From assembly GCF_009914755.1 (NCBI RefSeq), contig NC_060942.1: a stretch of 64,000 nt of DNA; one strand, 5' to 3'. The notes under the pieces were generated by a model. It made no database searches. It had not been told where the DNA came from and saw only the letters and a program-made list of their open reading frames with translations. This document shows, one piece after another, positions 38,000 through 49,726 of this stretch. A program made the translations under genes and the position numbers. This DNA comes from the human T2T-CHM13v2.0 reference genome, Homo sapiens. Each line of letters begins with the position of its first letter. Positions within the stretch are counted from its first letter, which is position 1.

Positions 38000-40690
38000 T
38001 TATTTATTAAATCAAAACCTTTTTTGTGTGCTTTAAATAATCCTAATATAATCATGCTATATCAATAATTTTTACACTGCTAGATTTTATTTGCTAACTT
38101 TATGTAGGATTTTTATAACTGTCTTGATAATTAAGATTGCCTTGTTATTTTTCTATTTATATCCTTACTTGATTTTTACAACAGGGTTATCCCAGCCTCA
38201 TAAAATTACTAGAAGAATATATGCTGATTCTATAAAATAATGTGAATGAGTTAAACGATATTCTCTTAGGATGTTTGGGAGGTTTAACCTGTAAAAGCAA
38301 ATAAATGTGTATATAAACACAAACATTGTCAACAAAATACTAGCAAGCCAAATTCAAAATGATATGAAAAGTATTATCAGCATAATCAAGTGGGATTTAT
38401 CTCAGTAATACAAAGCTGTTTTAATATTCAAAAACAATAGATAGGTCATATTAATAGAATAGAAGAAAAAAATTACATGCCCATAAGAATTGATGCAGAA
38501 AAAGCATTTGATAAAATCCAATACTCTTTCACAGTAAATCTCTCAACAAACTATAATAAGAACAAAAGAGAATTTCCTCAGCCTAACAAAGAACAACTAA
38601 GAAAAATTGACAGCCAACATCATAGTTAATAGTGAAAGACTAAAAGGTTTTCACCTAAGGGCAGGGACAGAACAAGGATGGCCACTCCCACCACTTCAAT
38701 CCAACTTTGTTGGAAGATTTAGCCAGGAAAATTAGGTAAGAAAATGAAATAAAATAAATAGGAAGGGAAGAAGCAGATGACAAAAACATGTATATAGAAA
38801 AAAATCCACTAAAACTTTCTAAGAACTGATGCACAATTTTAGCAAGTTTTCAAGTTACATGATTAAGATATAAAAATCAACTGTATTTCTATAATTAATA
38901 TGACTAATATTAACAGTGAGCAATTTGAAAAGGAAATTAAAAAATAAGTATGACAATTCCATTTAAAATAGCATCAAAAATAATAAAATACTTAAGAATA
39001 AGCCTACCAAAAGAAATGTATGACACTTACAATGAAAATTACAAAACAGTGCTAAAAGAAATTAAAGAAAATCTAAATAAATTGAAAAGCATCCTTTGTG
39101 CATGTATCAGAAGATGGCAATACTTCCTAACTTGAGCTATAGATTCTATAGATTCAATAAATTTCTATCAAAATTCCAGCCAGAGTTTTTTGAGAAATTG
39201 ATTCTAAATTTCGTGTAAAAATGCAAGAGACCCAGATTAGTCAAAATAATCTTGAAAAAAGAAGAGCACATTTGGAGAACTCACCATTCTCAATTTCAAA
39301 ACTTATGACAAAGCTACGGTAATCAAGATGTGTGATAGTGGCATAAGTATAGCCATATAGGTCAATGAAATAGAAAAGGTATAGAATTTTCCTCTTATAC
39401 TTATGGACTAATTGATGATTTAAAAGGTGACAAAAACTTATGAGGAAAGGATAGTCTTCAAAAAATGGTGCTGAGACTAATGGATATCCCTGTGCAAAAG
39501 AATGATGTTACAACTCTTCCTCATTATATACTCAAAATATTTATTCAACATGGATCATTGACTAAAAGTCTCCCCCATCAAGAAAAAAGATACAGAAACG
39601 ACTAACAAACACATGAAAATATCTTCAATGTCATTAGTTCACTTTGTGAATATAATAAACACCCTTACATTATACACTTCATATGGTTGAATTTTATATG
39701 TGAATGTAAATATACCTAAATAAAGTGTTAAAAATGGGACCAGTAGACACAGATTATGAAGTATCAATTCAATTCCTTAAGTGGGTTTAGGACAATGAAT
39801 AATTCTTTGAAATATATTTTTCTAAGTAATTATTCACTTTATATAGGGCTTTAACTTATAGAGATTAAATGTTCATAACATTTTATCAGTTTTAATGTGT
39901 CTTTAATTTGTTGTATCTCCATGTCCTCTTCTTTGGCTTTTCTATATGTTTTGCCTACTCTCTTATTTTTGGTCAATCTTCTCAAATTTTCCTATTTTAT
40001 TCATTTTTTCCCCAAGTGCTGACTTACAGTTCTGTTAGTCTTCTCTTTTATATTTTTTGTTTATATTTAATTTATTTTTTAAACTATTTTCTTTGGTTTT
40101 ATTATATTATTTTCTTATATCTTAAGTGGGATGCTTGTCTCATTGATTTACAGCCTTTCTTCTTCCATAATATAAGCTCGTATGACTACATGTTTCCTGT
40201 AAGGCTATACAATTCCTACTTTTTATAATATTACATATGAAGTGTATTAATACTCAGTTAGTTCTAATTATGTTTATTCAATTATGGATTGTTTTACTAT
40301 TCCAGGAGTTGTTAAATGAGTTTCTACACTTCTAACTTTATGGTTTTTAAGTGATAGTTTCATTGTTTAGGCTTAAGTCAATTGCATTTTAGTCAGAGAA
40401 TATGATTGATATGATAACAAACCTTTAGAATTTGGATTTCTTAAAATATGGCCAAGTTTTGTAATACATAATGTTTGCTTGAGAGGAATGTGTATTCTAT
40501 TATTGTTGAGTGTAGGTTTTATATAAATATCTTCAGACCAACCTTTTAAAATTTTCCACGTTCTTTAGAACCATGGGCTGGTTCAGTGACTTTGAGAGCT
40601 ACATGTTAATATCTGTGAGACTTAAATTGTCAATTCCTCCATTTGGTTCTGTCAAATTTTTCCTTTATATATATCAAGACTATGTGAATA
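38000..40690 (-). mobile_element. Old L1ME ORF2 (antisense), interrupted by the sense L1 below; probable continuation of 32940-33820
   Basis: TTTGCTAA...GGATTTTT, CAGCCTCATAAAAT, GTCAGAGAATATG, TTGAGAGGAATGTGTATTCT motifs. Confidence 0.55.
38310..39733 (+). mobile_element. L1MB-type ORF2 reverse-transcriptase region to 3' end (internally deleted)
   Basis: CAAGTGGGATTTATC, GATGCAGAAAAAGCATTTGATAAAATCCA (DAEKAFDKI), ACAAGGATG. ORF 38950-39135 IPFKIASKIIKYL. Ends AAATAAAG.GTTAAAAA. Confidence 0.8.
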
Positions 40691-40694
40691 ACCA

Positions 40695-40872
40695 CATGAC
40701 CGTCTTCATGGGCATACAATTTGTACAGTCACACAGGACCCCATACTTAGCAGGACCCATGATTGCTTTAATATTCTGCAATAGCCATCTTGAAATTCTT
40801 AGAAGATTTTTAACGTAGGTGCCCCACATTTTCATTTTGCCCTACACCCTGAAAATTATGCTTTTGGTCCTG
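40695..40872 (-). mobile_element. MER45A (hAT-Tip100)
   Basis: CTTCATGGGCA...CAGTCACACAGG...GCCCCACATTTTCATTTTGC...AATTATG...GGTCCTG. Same family as 1061-1232. Confidence 0.8.
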
Positions 40873-41184
40873 TATGTTTATAATTTTCTTGGTTCTGTTA
40901 CATTTTTGCTTCACATATTTCAAGACTATATATGAGGGGATAAATTTGGCTACTGCTTGCAATCTTCCACGTATCTCAATACTCAATATCCAACGCTGTT
41001 TGATCTCATAAGACATTCAGCACTATGATCCCTTCATTTTCTTCAGTCTATTGGCTCCTTATTGGGCATTAACTTTCCCTACATTGTCTGGATTCTGTTT
41101 GGTCTCCTGAGCTGTTCTACTTAAAGATCTATGTTCCTTGATAGAACTGTATTTCTGGGTGCATCCTTCCAGAAAAACCTACGA

Positions 41185-41570
41185 GGAGGCAAGCATGACT
41201 TGTTTTTAATTGTATCCTTAATTGCTCTAACAACATCTAACACCTAGTGGCCATTTAACAGATATTTAGTACATTAATGGTGATTGTTATTGATCACATT
41301 CTCCTTGAGGTTTCTGCAGATTTCCATAACACTACTTTTGCCATATTCTTTAGGTTTAGGATTATCTTTATCTTTTTTCACTGGCATTATCTTCTCAGTA
41401 TACACATTAAATTTTAGGACTCCATGAGATTTTATTTTTGGTTCTCTTATTTTAAATTCTTCTTTCTCTCACTGATCATTCCCATGCATTTACTTTTTGC
41501 TTATAATTCACTATATCCATTTATATATTCTTTTTTAAATGATACACAAATATTTATTTAAGTTTCAGAG
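41185..41570 (+). mobile_element. L2 fragments
   Basis: L2 3' terminus motif at 41190-41275, and TGATCAC...TTCCATAACACTAC pyrimidine-rich internal piece. Confidence 0.45.
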
Positions 41571-41579
41571 CATTCTAGA

Positions 41580-41822
41580 CCCCTGGTGAAACAATCGTGA
41601 AGTGTTTTCCACACCATCTGTCTGAGGGTTCTTGAGGAAAATTGAACCCTAGTTGTTTCAACTGTCACCAAAGATTGCCACAGGCTTTACTGGCTCTCCC
41701 TTCTTCTCTTTTACATCTCCTTATTCCTTTGCAATGTGTCCTAAAATCATGTCCTAAATGAACTACTTTCATACATTCTTGTCTCAAAATCTGTTTTTTT
41801 TTCTGAAACCAAAACTGAGGAT
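41580..41822 (+). mobile_element. LTR16-type ERVL LTR 3' part
   Basis: CCTAAATGAACTACTT.CA...TTGTCTCA...TCTG...CCAAAACTGAGGA resembles the LTR16 terminus. Confidence 0.55.
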
Positions 41823-42403
41823 AAGCGTACAATACGTATTTATTGAATGAATGAATCAGTAACTAAATGAAGATGTCTAAACGTTTTTAAAATTGTATTG
41901 CTGACACTTGAAAGTGTAACCATAAGTTACCTTCTTGGTTTCCTCACTCATGACTGCACCCTGTATAATTATACTGAATGCGCTGCTTCTTGAACCTAGA
42001 ATATCCTTTCATGGACCTTGTTTTATCTAAAATGATCTTTCTCATATTTACCTCCTAGAAAATGCATTTGTAGTCTTGAAAACCCAGATCAAATGTTACA
42101 TTCAATGGTTACATAGTGCTTTATACATAGTAGAATGTATAATAAGTGTTTCAAAAGATGAAAGAGATGTTTTATTGAAGCCTTCTTCAACTTCTTTCTA
42201 AGGAGTCATGTCAAATATTCTGAGGCCAGCTTAAGTTAAATATATGGTATTTTTGTAGGAAAAATCTGAATTAAAGCCAGGAAGATATTTTGAAAAGTCT
42301 TTAAAAATGTGAAGCATTATTTGTATATTTAATTTAACACAGTCTTTTTAAATATAGTTAATTCAAAGAAGAGATATTGTCCCTGTTCCCTACCAGATAG
42401 CTT

Positions 42404-43081
42404 TGAAACCCAGGGGCTAATCTCATTAGGTCTGCCAAATTTAACCTTCCCTTGCTTTTGGTCATCTGCTTTTTATTTTATTTTTAAAATATTTTTTTAC
42501 CCATGTAGCTGAAAGCACCACCAATGACTGCTGTAACTTAACCTTCCCTGGATTTCTTATAGATAACATTCATTTGTATAAATATTATACTATGGTGAAG
42601 GTAATATATTAATAATATATGGTATTATTACCATCACCATGGAGATTGTCACTTATGTTGTTTCTGAGGAACTTGGGGCCGCTCCTGTTCAGCTTAATCC
42701 AGTTGAGACCACTGACCTTTCAATTGGGCCTGCAGAAATGCCCAGGAGTTGACCTTTCAATATCGGAGGGCCAAAAACTTCATCCTCAGATCATGATAAG
42801 GCCGCCATTTTCTGAACATATGTCTTGTTAAGAGCTAAAATCCCGATTAGGCTTGCATAGACCACTGATTGCTTTTTCCTACTGCCAAACACCTTTCTCC
42901 ACACCTTAGACCACCCCACTTCTCTAACCCATAAATATCCTTAAGCCCTATCTTCAGGGAGGCAGGTTTGAGAGCTGTTCTTCCTCCTCCTTGCTTGTGA
43001 CTAACCCTTTTCTTTTTTGCAAAACCAAGCATCACAGTGATCGCTTTCTTCATATGGGCACAGTGAACCTGGTTAGTATCA
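42404..43081 (+). mobile_element. ERV1 solo LTR (LTR48/LTR29-like)
   Basis: TG...CA termini (TGAAACC...GTATCA) with perfect 4-bp TSD GCTT (42400-42403, 43082-43085). GGGCCAAAAACT.CA.CCTCAGATCATG..AA.GCCGCCATTTTCTG motif. Confidence 0.8.
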
Positions 43082-43085
43082 GCTT

Positions 43086-43740
43086 TTATTAATTAAAAAA
43101 TTAATACAAGTTAAAGTTCAAAATATTGAACCAATATATGCAAGTATAACATGAAAGTGATGCCTTCTCTACTCCACCTAGTCCTACTTCCCAAAGGTAA
43201 ACACCATTAGAAATTTATTATTCAGTTTCCACTTAGAAAATCAATGTGTGTGCCCAAACAGATGCATCTATTTATATATTCTCTCACATTCCCCCTCCCC
43301 ACAAAAGATTATACTCTATGTTCCAGGATTTTGCTTTTGCTCCTAAAATTAAGGTCTTGGATATATTTCCACATAGGTACATACAACCCAATCTTATTAT
43401 TTTTATGACTAATTTTATTCCATTTTAAGTATATACTATAATTTATTTTTAAGGCTCCTTACTGATGGACACCACTTTATGTCTTTTAAAAATATTATTA
43501 CAAAAAGTGTTGCAATAAATATCTTTATGCAGACATTCTGAAAAGATTTTGCCTGTATACCCTTGGGTTAAATCTTTGAAATAGGATATGTAGGCCAAAA
43601 TGCATGTACATTTACAAAGTTTTGGTTAGCAGAGCTAAACACAGACACTTTTTTTATTTTAGATACTTTAGATTTATGCTGAACAGTGGTTTCTCCAAAC
43701 CACGTTTCACAGCCCTGCCAATTTTTCTCACAAGCTCTCT
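43086..43740 (-). mobile_element. L1ME (ME4-like) 3' end
   Basis: CCCAAAGGTAAACAC, CTACTGATGGACA-like, GCAATAAATATCTTT motifs. Confidence 0.55.
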
Positions 43741-44882
43741 GATAATTTTTTCTAAAGGTAGTAGTGTCCAAATGGATGGGCAGGCTGTTTGTTTTTTCCC
43801 TTATGTCTTATCCATGCCATAAAACACTCCACTATGATTACTGTGAGTCTGCTTTCCTTGTTCAGATTCACATCTCCTCTAGCTTAATGACAATTCACTG
43901 CTTTGGTAAACTTCACTTACCTCTCCACCAGAACTGTAAGCCAAAAGATTTTAGAATTGGATGTTTCGTGCCCACATGCTGCTAGTCTATGTCAGAAATA
44001 ACTTACATATGAGACTGACAAATTATTTACTAAAGTAAGTACAATGTACACAGCAAGTCTAAAGGAAATGATTCGTTAGAAGTCTTACCCTGTTTCCTTT
44101 CTGTGGACCTCTTATTAGCTTAATATTGATCTCTCAGTCTCATAAAAGTCACACTGAAATTTTAAGTCATTTCATTTTATATTGTCATGCACAGTATATC
44201 ATGATTAGATGGATGTTTTCAGTTCTAATTAGTTTATGTTGGGCTATTTTATTATTTCCTGGTGTTTTCCAAAATATTCTATATTCTGCATAGCATCACT
44301 TCTTTCTCATATTCTTCCAATAATTTAGCAAATTATAAGTAGCTATTGTAATCAGTTATGAAGAAGACATTTTTTGAATGTAAATTTTCTTGCAAAAAGT
44401 CAGGTCATTCTAATATTTTAGGGTTTTTCCCCCTTCTCATTATTCCTTGACTAAAGTAAATAAAATAGTTCTGAATTTTGTCATATTACTTTTGATTCAT
44501 CCTACTAATAAGTGTGCTGATTATATTAGAAAAGACAATAAAAGCCCTAAATGTATTTTGTTACTATATATGTGTAAATATATTATGTACTTTCCTAGGC
44601 AACAAAACTACCTTCATAGAAGCCAAATGTTTTAATCTTAACTTTATGGCCTTTTCCTTCTATCTTTTCTTTCACGCTATGTCCTACAATCCTGGCAATG
44701 TACAGATAGTCATGGAAAATATTAACTTCTTCATAAAGAATCTCCTATGTTTGACCTCTCAAAAATATCAATATAGTTTTTTTTCTTAACTTATTTGTGA
44801 GGGATGAAGCAGAATTTTTAGAATGTTTATTTCAAGCCCCCCTAATAATAAGAAAATTTAAAACCATATATTCTGTCACCCT

Positions 44883-45387
44883 ATACTTTAGCTTTCTACT
44901 GTTGTATAATAATTCTAATCATTCAAATGACTTAAAACAACAACCACTTTCTTATTTCTTCCAAGTCTGTGGGTTGACTGAACTCTGCTGGATGGTTCTT
45001 CTACTTCAAGTCATCTGGGGAAGCAAATGAGTTACAAGCTTCAAGATGGCTCCTCACTTGGCTTGCAGTTGGCTGGGTGCTCAGTGGAATCTTTCAACAG
45101 GAGCACTTCTGTTCTCCTCCTCTTGGCATTACCCTGTGACTTGGGCTACTTGCAGTTGTCAGTTGGGTTCCAAAAAGTGGAAAATGGGAACTTTCAGCTA
45201 TCTTAAGGCTTAGATTTGAAAGTCCCAAAACATCGTTTCACTGTATTCAACTTGCCAAAGCAAGTTTTAAGGCAGACCGGAGTCAAAGAAAGGAGAAACA
45301 AACTGTACTACTTGACGTCAAGAGTGGCGTGCACAAACAGGATGGAGAAGAATTCTTGGAAGCTGTCACTGGAAACTAAGCACTACA
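44883..45387 (-). mobile_element. MLT1H-like MaLR LTR
   Basis: GACTTAAAACAACAA...TCTGTGGGTTGACTG...CAAGATGGCT...TCTTAAGGC...ACTACA. Confidence 0.7.
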
Positions 45388-45572
45388 GTCTACATTTCTG
45401 GAGCTCTTGGAGAAAGGAAGAAGGAATGGGTAGGCAAAAGAAATACACAAGTAATAAGTTGTAAACTCTCTAATAATTTTAGAACCTAGTGGCCTGTGTG
45501 ATGGAACAAAATCATCTGGATAGAATATTGAAATAAATACAAATATGTGTGGAAGAAAATAGTTCTCTAGAG

Positions 45573-45905
45573 CAGCTGTCCCCAACCTTTCTGGCATCAA
45601 GGACTGGTTTCGTGGAAAACAATTATTCTACAGACATGGGGCAGGGGGCACAGATGGTTTCAGGATGATTCCAGTGCATTACATTTATCATTAGATTCTC
45701 ATAAGGAGTGCGTAACCTAGATCTCTTGCATTTGCTGTTCACAATAGGGTTTGAGCTCCTATGAGAATCTAATGCCACTGCTGATCTAACAGGAGGCAGA
45801 GCTCAGCTTTGCTCTCTGGCTGCCACTTACCTCCTCCTGTGCAGCCTGGCTCCTAACAGGCCAGAGACAGGTGCTGGTCTGTGACCCCGGAGCAGGGACA
45901 CTGTG
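45573..45905. mobile_element. MER1 family (hAT-Charlie), opposite orientation to 35398-35734
   Basis: CAGCTGTCCCCAACCTTT.TGGCA...CATTAGATTCTCATAAGGAG. Perfect 8-bp TSD CTCTAGAG (45565-45572, 45906-45913). Confidence 0.9.
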
Positions 45906-46823
45906 CTCTAGAGTACCTGTTCTCCACAGACAGTCTTCTTGGACCATAGAGGAATTCACTTTTTGGTCTTAACCTATTCATTGTTGTATAACTTTTTGAG
46001 AAAAAGATATATTTTTTTAGTTTTTATGGTTAAAAGTTCTATGATTTCAGGCTTTTTGGTTCTATAGAATTATGTAATCATTTTTGCTTTGTTGCATGAA
46101 ATTAAGTGGGTAATTTTGAAATTATTTTCCAAATTTCTAGTTTATTAATATAAGCCTATTAAGAAAACCAAAGATTCAGGTTGGCTGAAGTGAGTATTCA
46201 GTTAAGAACTTATAACAAAATGTCAATAGAAGAATAAATTTTTCATTAGTCAGTACTTTTAGAGCAGAAGAGATAGAAAATTACTATTAGAAAAGGTGTA
46301 ATAACTTGTTTCACCTTCACTTCAATTAGGAAGAAATTTGTCTAAGGTTTAGCTGTACTCATAGAAGGGCAATATTTACTTTCCAAATTGAGAAAACATG
46401 GCCTTCACTTGGGAATTGTTTTGCATTCATGTTACTTCTGAGTTGGTTAATAAACTAAAGAACACTAACATGGACATAGAGCTATTGGATCAGACTTACA
46501 CAAATATAGAATGAGCATTTGACTAAGTGGTGTTCTGTGAAAATAGGACCTGCTTTAAAAGCTTAGAAGAAAAGAGCAAACTAAACCCAGAGTAATCAGA
46601 CAAATGGAGATCATAAATTTCAGAGTAGAAATCAATGAAACATGAAAAGTAGAGAAAATAAAAGCAAAAGCTTATTCTTTAAGAAAATTTTAAAAATTGA
46701 TAAATTCTAGTCAGTCTGATTAGGAAGAAAAGAGGTAAGACCAAACTTATCAGTAACAAAAATAAGAGAGGTGACATCACTATAGATAATACAGATAATA
46801 CAGATATTAAAATTATAATAAAG

Positions 46824-47700
46824 GCTTCCAGGTTTTGGTTTAGCAAATGAGAAGCTTGGAAGTTGTCATTCCATCCCCAAAACAAGTAAAAAGCTAAACA
46901 AACTGAAAAATGAATAACTCTGCTTAGATTTGTCAGAGATGTGAGGTCACATGACAAACCATTGCCTCCCATATTGGAAAGAAAGATACAGACAATCTGA
47001 AGTTACGAAAGCAGAAACCCACAAGCACAAGACTCTGAGGGAGTCAGTGCAGGAGTAGGAAGACCCGAACTTTAAGTGACAAATTGCTGGAGTCTCAGTG
47101 TGAACAACTCTGTGATTTAAAATGTCCAGGGGGGCCCAGTTATACTGAGAGCTGAAATAAGCGCTCAGTCATCCCAATAATTTTGTGAATTGTGTCCCCA
47201 GGAGCTCTACTAGGTCTGAGAGTGAATATCAGAAAATATCCCCTTATACTTCCAGTGGACAGAAAAAAACAAACAAAAAAATTAAAAAAAGAAAGAAACC
47301 ATTCTGAAATATATTAAAGCATTCTGTTCTTAACAAGGCCTGCCCTAGGAGAAACTGTTTTACCAGAGCCTAACCTACTGGGGCTATATCAGAGCCTAAT
47401 TTACCTGGGGAAAGGAAAACTCACAACTTCAGCCCCTTCCAGCCATTCTATCCTACCTAATGAGGAGGGGAATGCTGAGAAATACTTGCAAAATTCACAG
47501 TCCAGGGGTGCAGGCTTACCAAAAGACTGAGACCTAACCGTAGGGATATAGAATGCTTGCCTACCCACATCTTACCACTACGTCACTAGAGGCCTACTTA
47601 CTATAGCTCCTTTTATCTAGTACATCCTTTCTGCCTTTCAACAGAATAATTATAAGGCATACTTAAAGGCAAAAAGCACAGTCTGAAGAGACTAAACAAT
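46824..47700 (+). mobile_element. L1MD-type 5' UTR (same family as 25252), truncated near the ORF1 start
   Basis: GCTTCCAGGTTT...AGCTTGGAAGT...AACAAGTAAAAAGCTAAACAA...TGTCAGAGA..TGAGGTCACA collinear with 25255-25370. Confidence 0.75.
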
Positions 47701-48083
47701 TATCTTTAAGTGGCTCTGTGGGAGCATGGGGACACTTGGGTAATGCTAGGAAGGAAGCTTGTATAGGAACCTTGTCAGTGATGTCCACAGGATCTCAGAA
47801 AAATAAAGGTGACCAGTCTGAGTCACCACTTAGCTAATGAATCAGTAATTGATTCTCCAACAGGACTGTTAAAAGAACCCTCAAGAGGGTTAGGTGACTC
47901 TAGGAGTATAGTAAGTTCTCGGTAGCATCATGGATAAGTTCTTAGAAACTGCCACTAGATTGCAACTGCAATTGGATTGCAACTGCAACTGCAACTTAGA
48001 TTCTGCTGGAGAATCAATTACTGATTCATTAGTTGAGCAACAAAAGAAGAAGTTGTGTGGTATGTAGGGGCCATGCTTTATAA

Positions 48084-48383
<300 letters not shown>

Positions 48384-48613
48384 AAAATTGGGTATTTTTA
48401 AATGTTAGATTTATCTTCCACATGGCAAGATATTCCCAATATTGGGACATATGCTTGTGGAGTGGAATTGAGGGGGATGTTGGCTGAGAATAGACCTAGC
48501 ATTTAATTTCTTATATAACTTTATTCTTTTAATTTCTTATATAACAAGTATTGAATATATAAGAATTACATATTACACGTGCATGCATAAATAACTGTGT
48601 TAAGATATAAGAA

Positions 48614-48820
48614 CAGTAAGTCCTTACTTAACATCGTCAACAGGTTCTTGGAAACTGTGACTTCAAGCAAAATGACCTATAGCAGGTCGTCAAATAATGC
48701 TGCTTCCTTCAATCTCATTTTGTTGTTGATGAGAACCAAAAAGTGGTTTAATTATACATCGTTTCACTTAGAGTTGCAGTTGCTAGGAACCTATCCATGA
48801 TGTTAAGTGAGGATTTACTG
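48614..48820. mobile_element. MER6-family (TcMar-Tigger) MITE
   Basis: Long TIRs CAGTAAGTCCTTACTTAACATC...GATGTTAAGTGAGGATTTACTG, followed by TA. Confidence 0.82.
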
Positions 48821-49399
48821 TACTGCTTTCAAAGAAGGAAACATTTTTAAATCCAATTTCTAAAAATTTTTTTCCTTTAAGCATGCTTGTTGGTCATTTT
48901 AACATATAAATAGTAAGTTTCTTATTTCAGCTCTTGAAATGTGGTTTGGTTTTTGTAATAAAACAGTTGGTGAATAAAAAAAGGCAAATTATTAATAATT
49001 TTATAACAATAAATCTGAAAACATGAACAAATTTCAAGAATGATAAAATTAACAAATCCCTTTCCAGGAGAAATATATAACTTGAATAACTCTGTTATCT
49101 ATTAAGGAAATTGAGTTTATAATTGAAACTGTCCTAAATGAATTCTGTAAACTACTTAAGGAAGAAGTAATACCTATTCTACAAAACAACCTCCGTAAAA
49201 TGGAAAAGAGAATACTTTCTAACTCATTTTATGAGGCCAACATTATCCTGATACAAAATCAGACAGAAACATAAATCTGCAGGTCAATATCCCCATACTT
49301 ACGCTAAATTATAAACAAACTGCAACTCAAATGCAAAATTGAATAAGAGAGATAAAACATCATAACCAAGTGAGGTTGATCCTAAGAACTCGAAATTAG

Positions 49400-49726
<327 letters not shown>

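Noticed and set aside
48502-48545. 18-bp direct repeat TTTAATTTCTTATATAAC around an 8-nt spacer
   Set aside because: Low-complexity local duplication; it does not fit L1 endonuclease TSD geometry.
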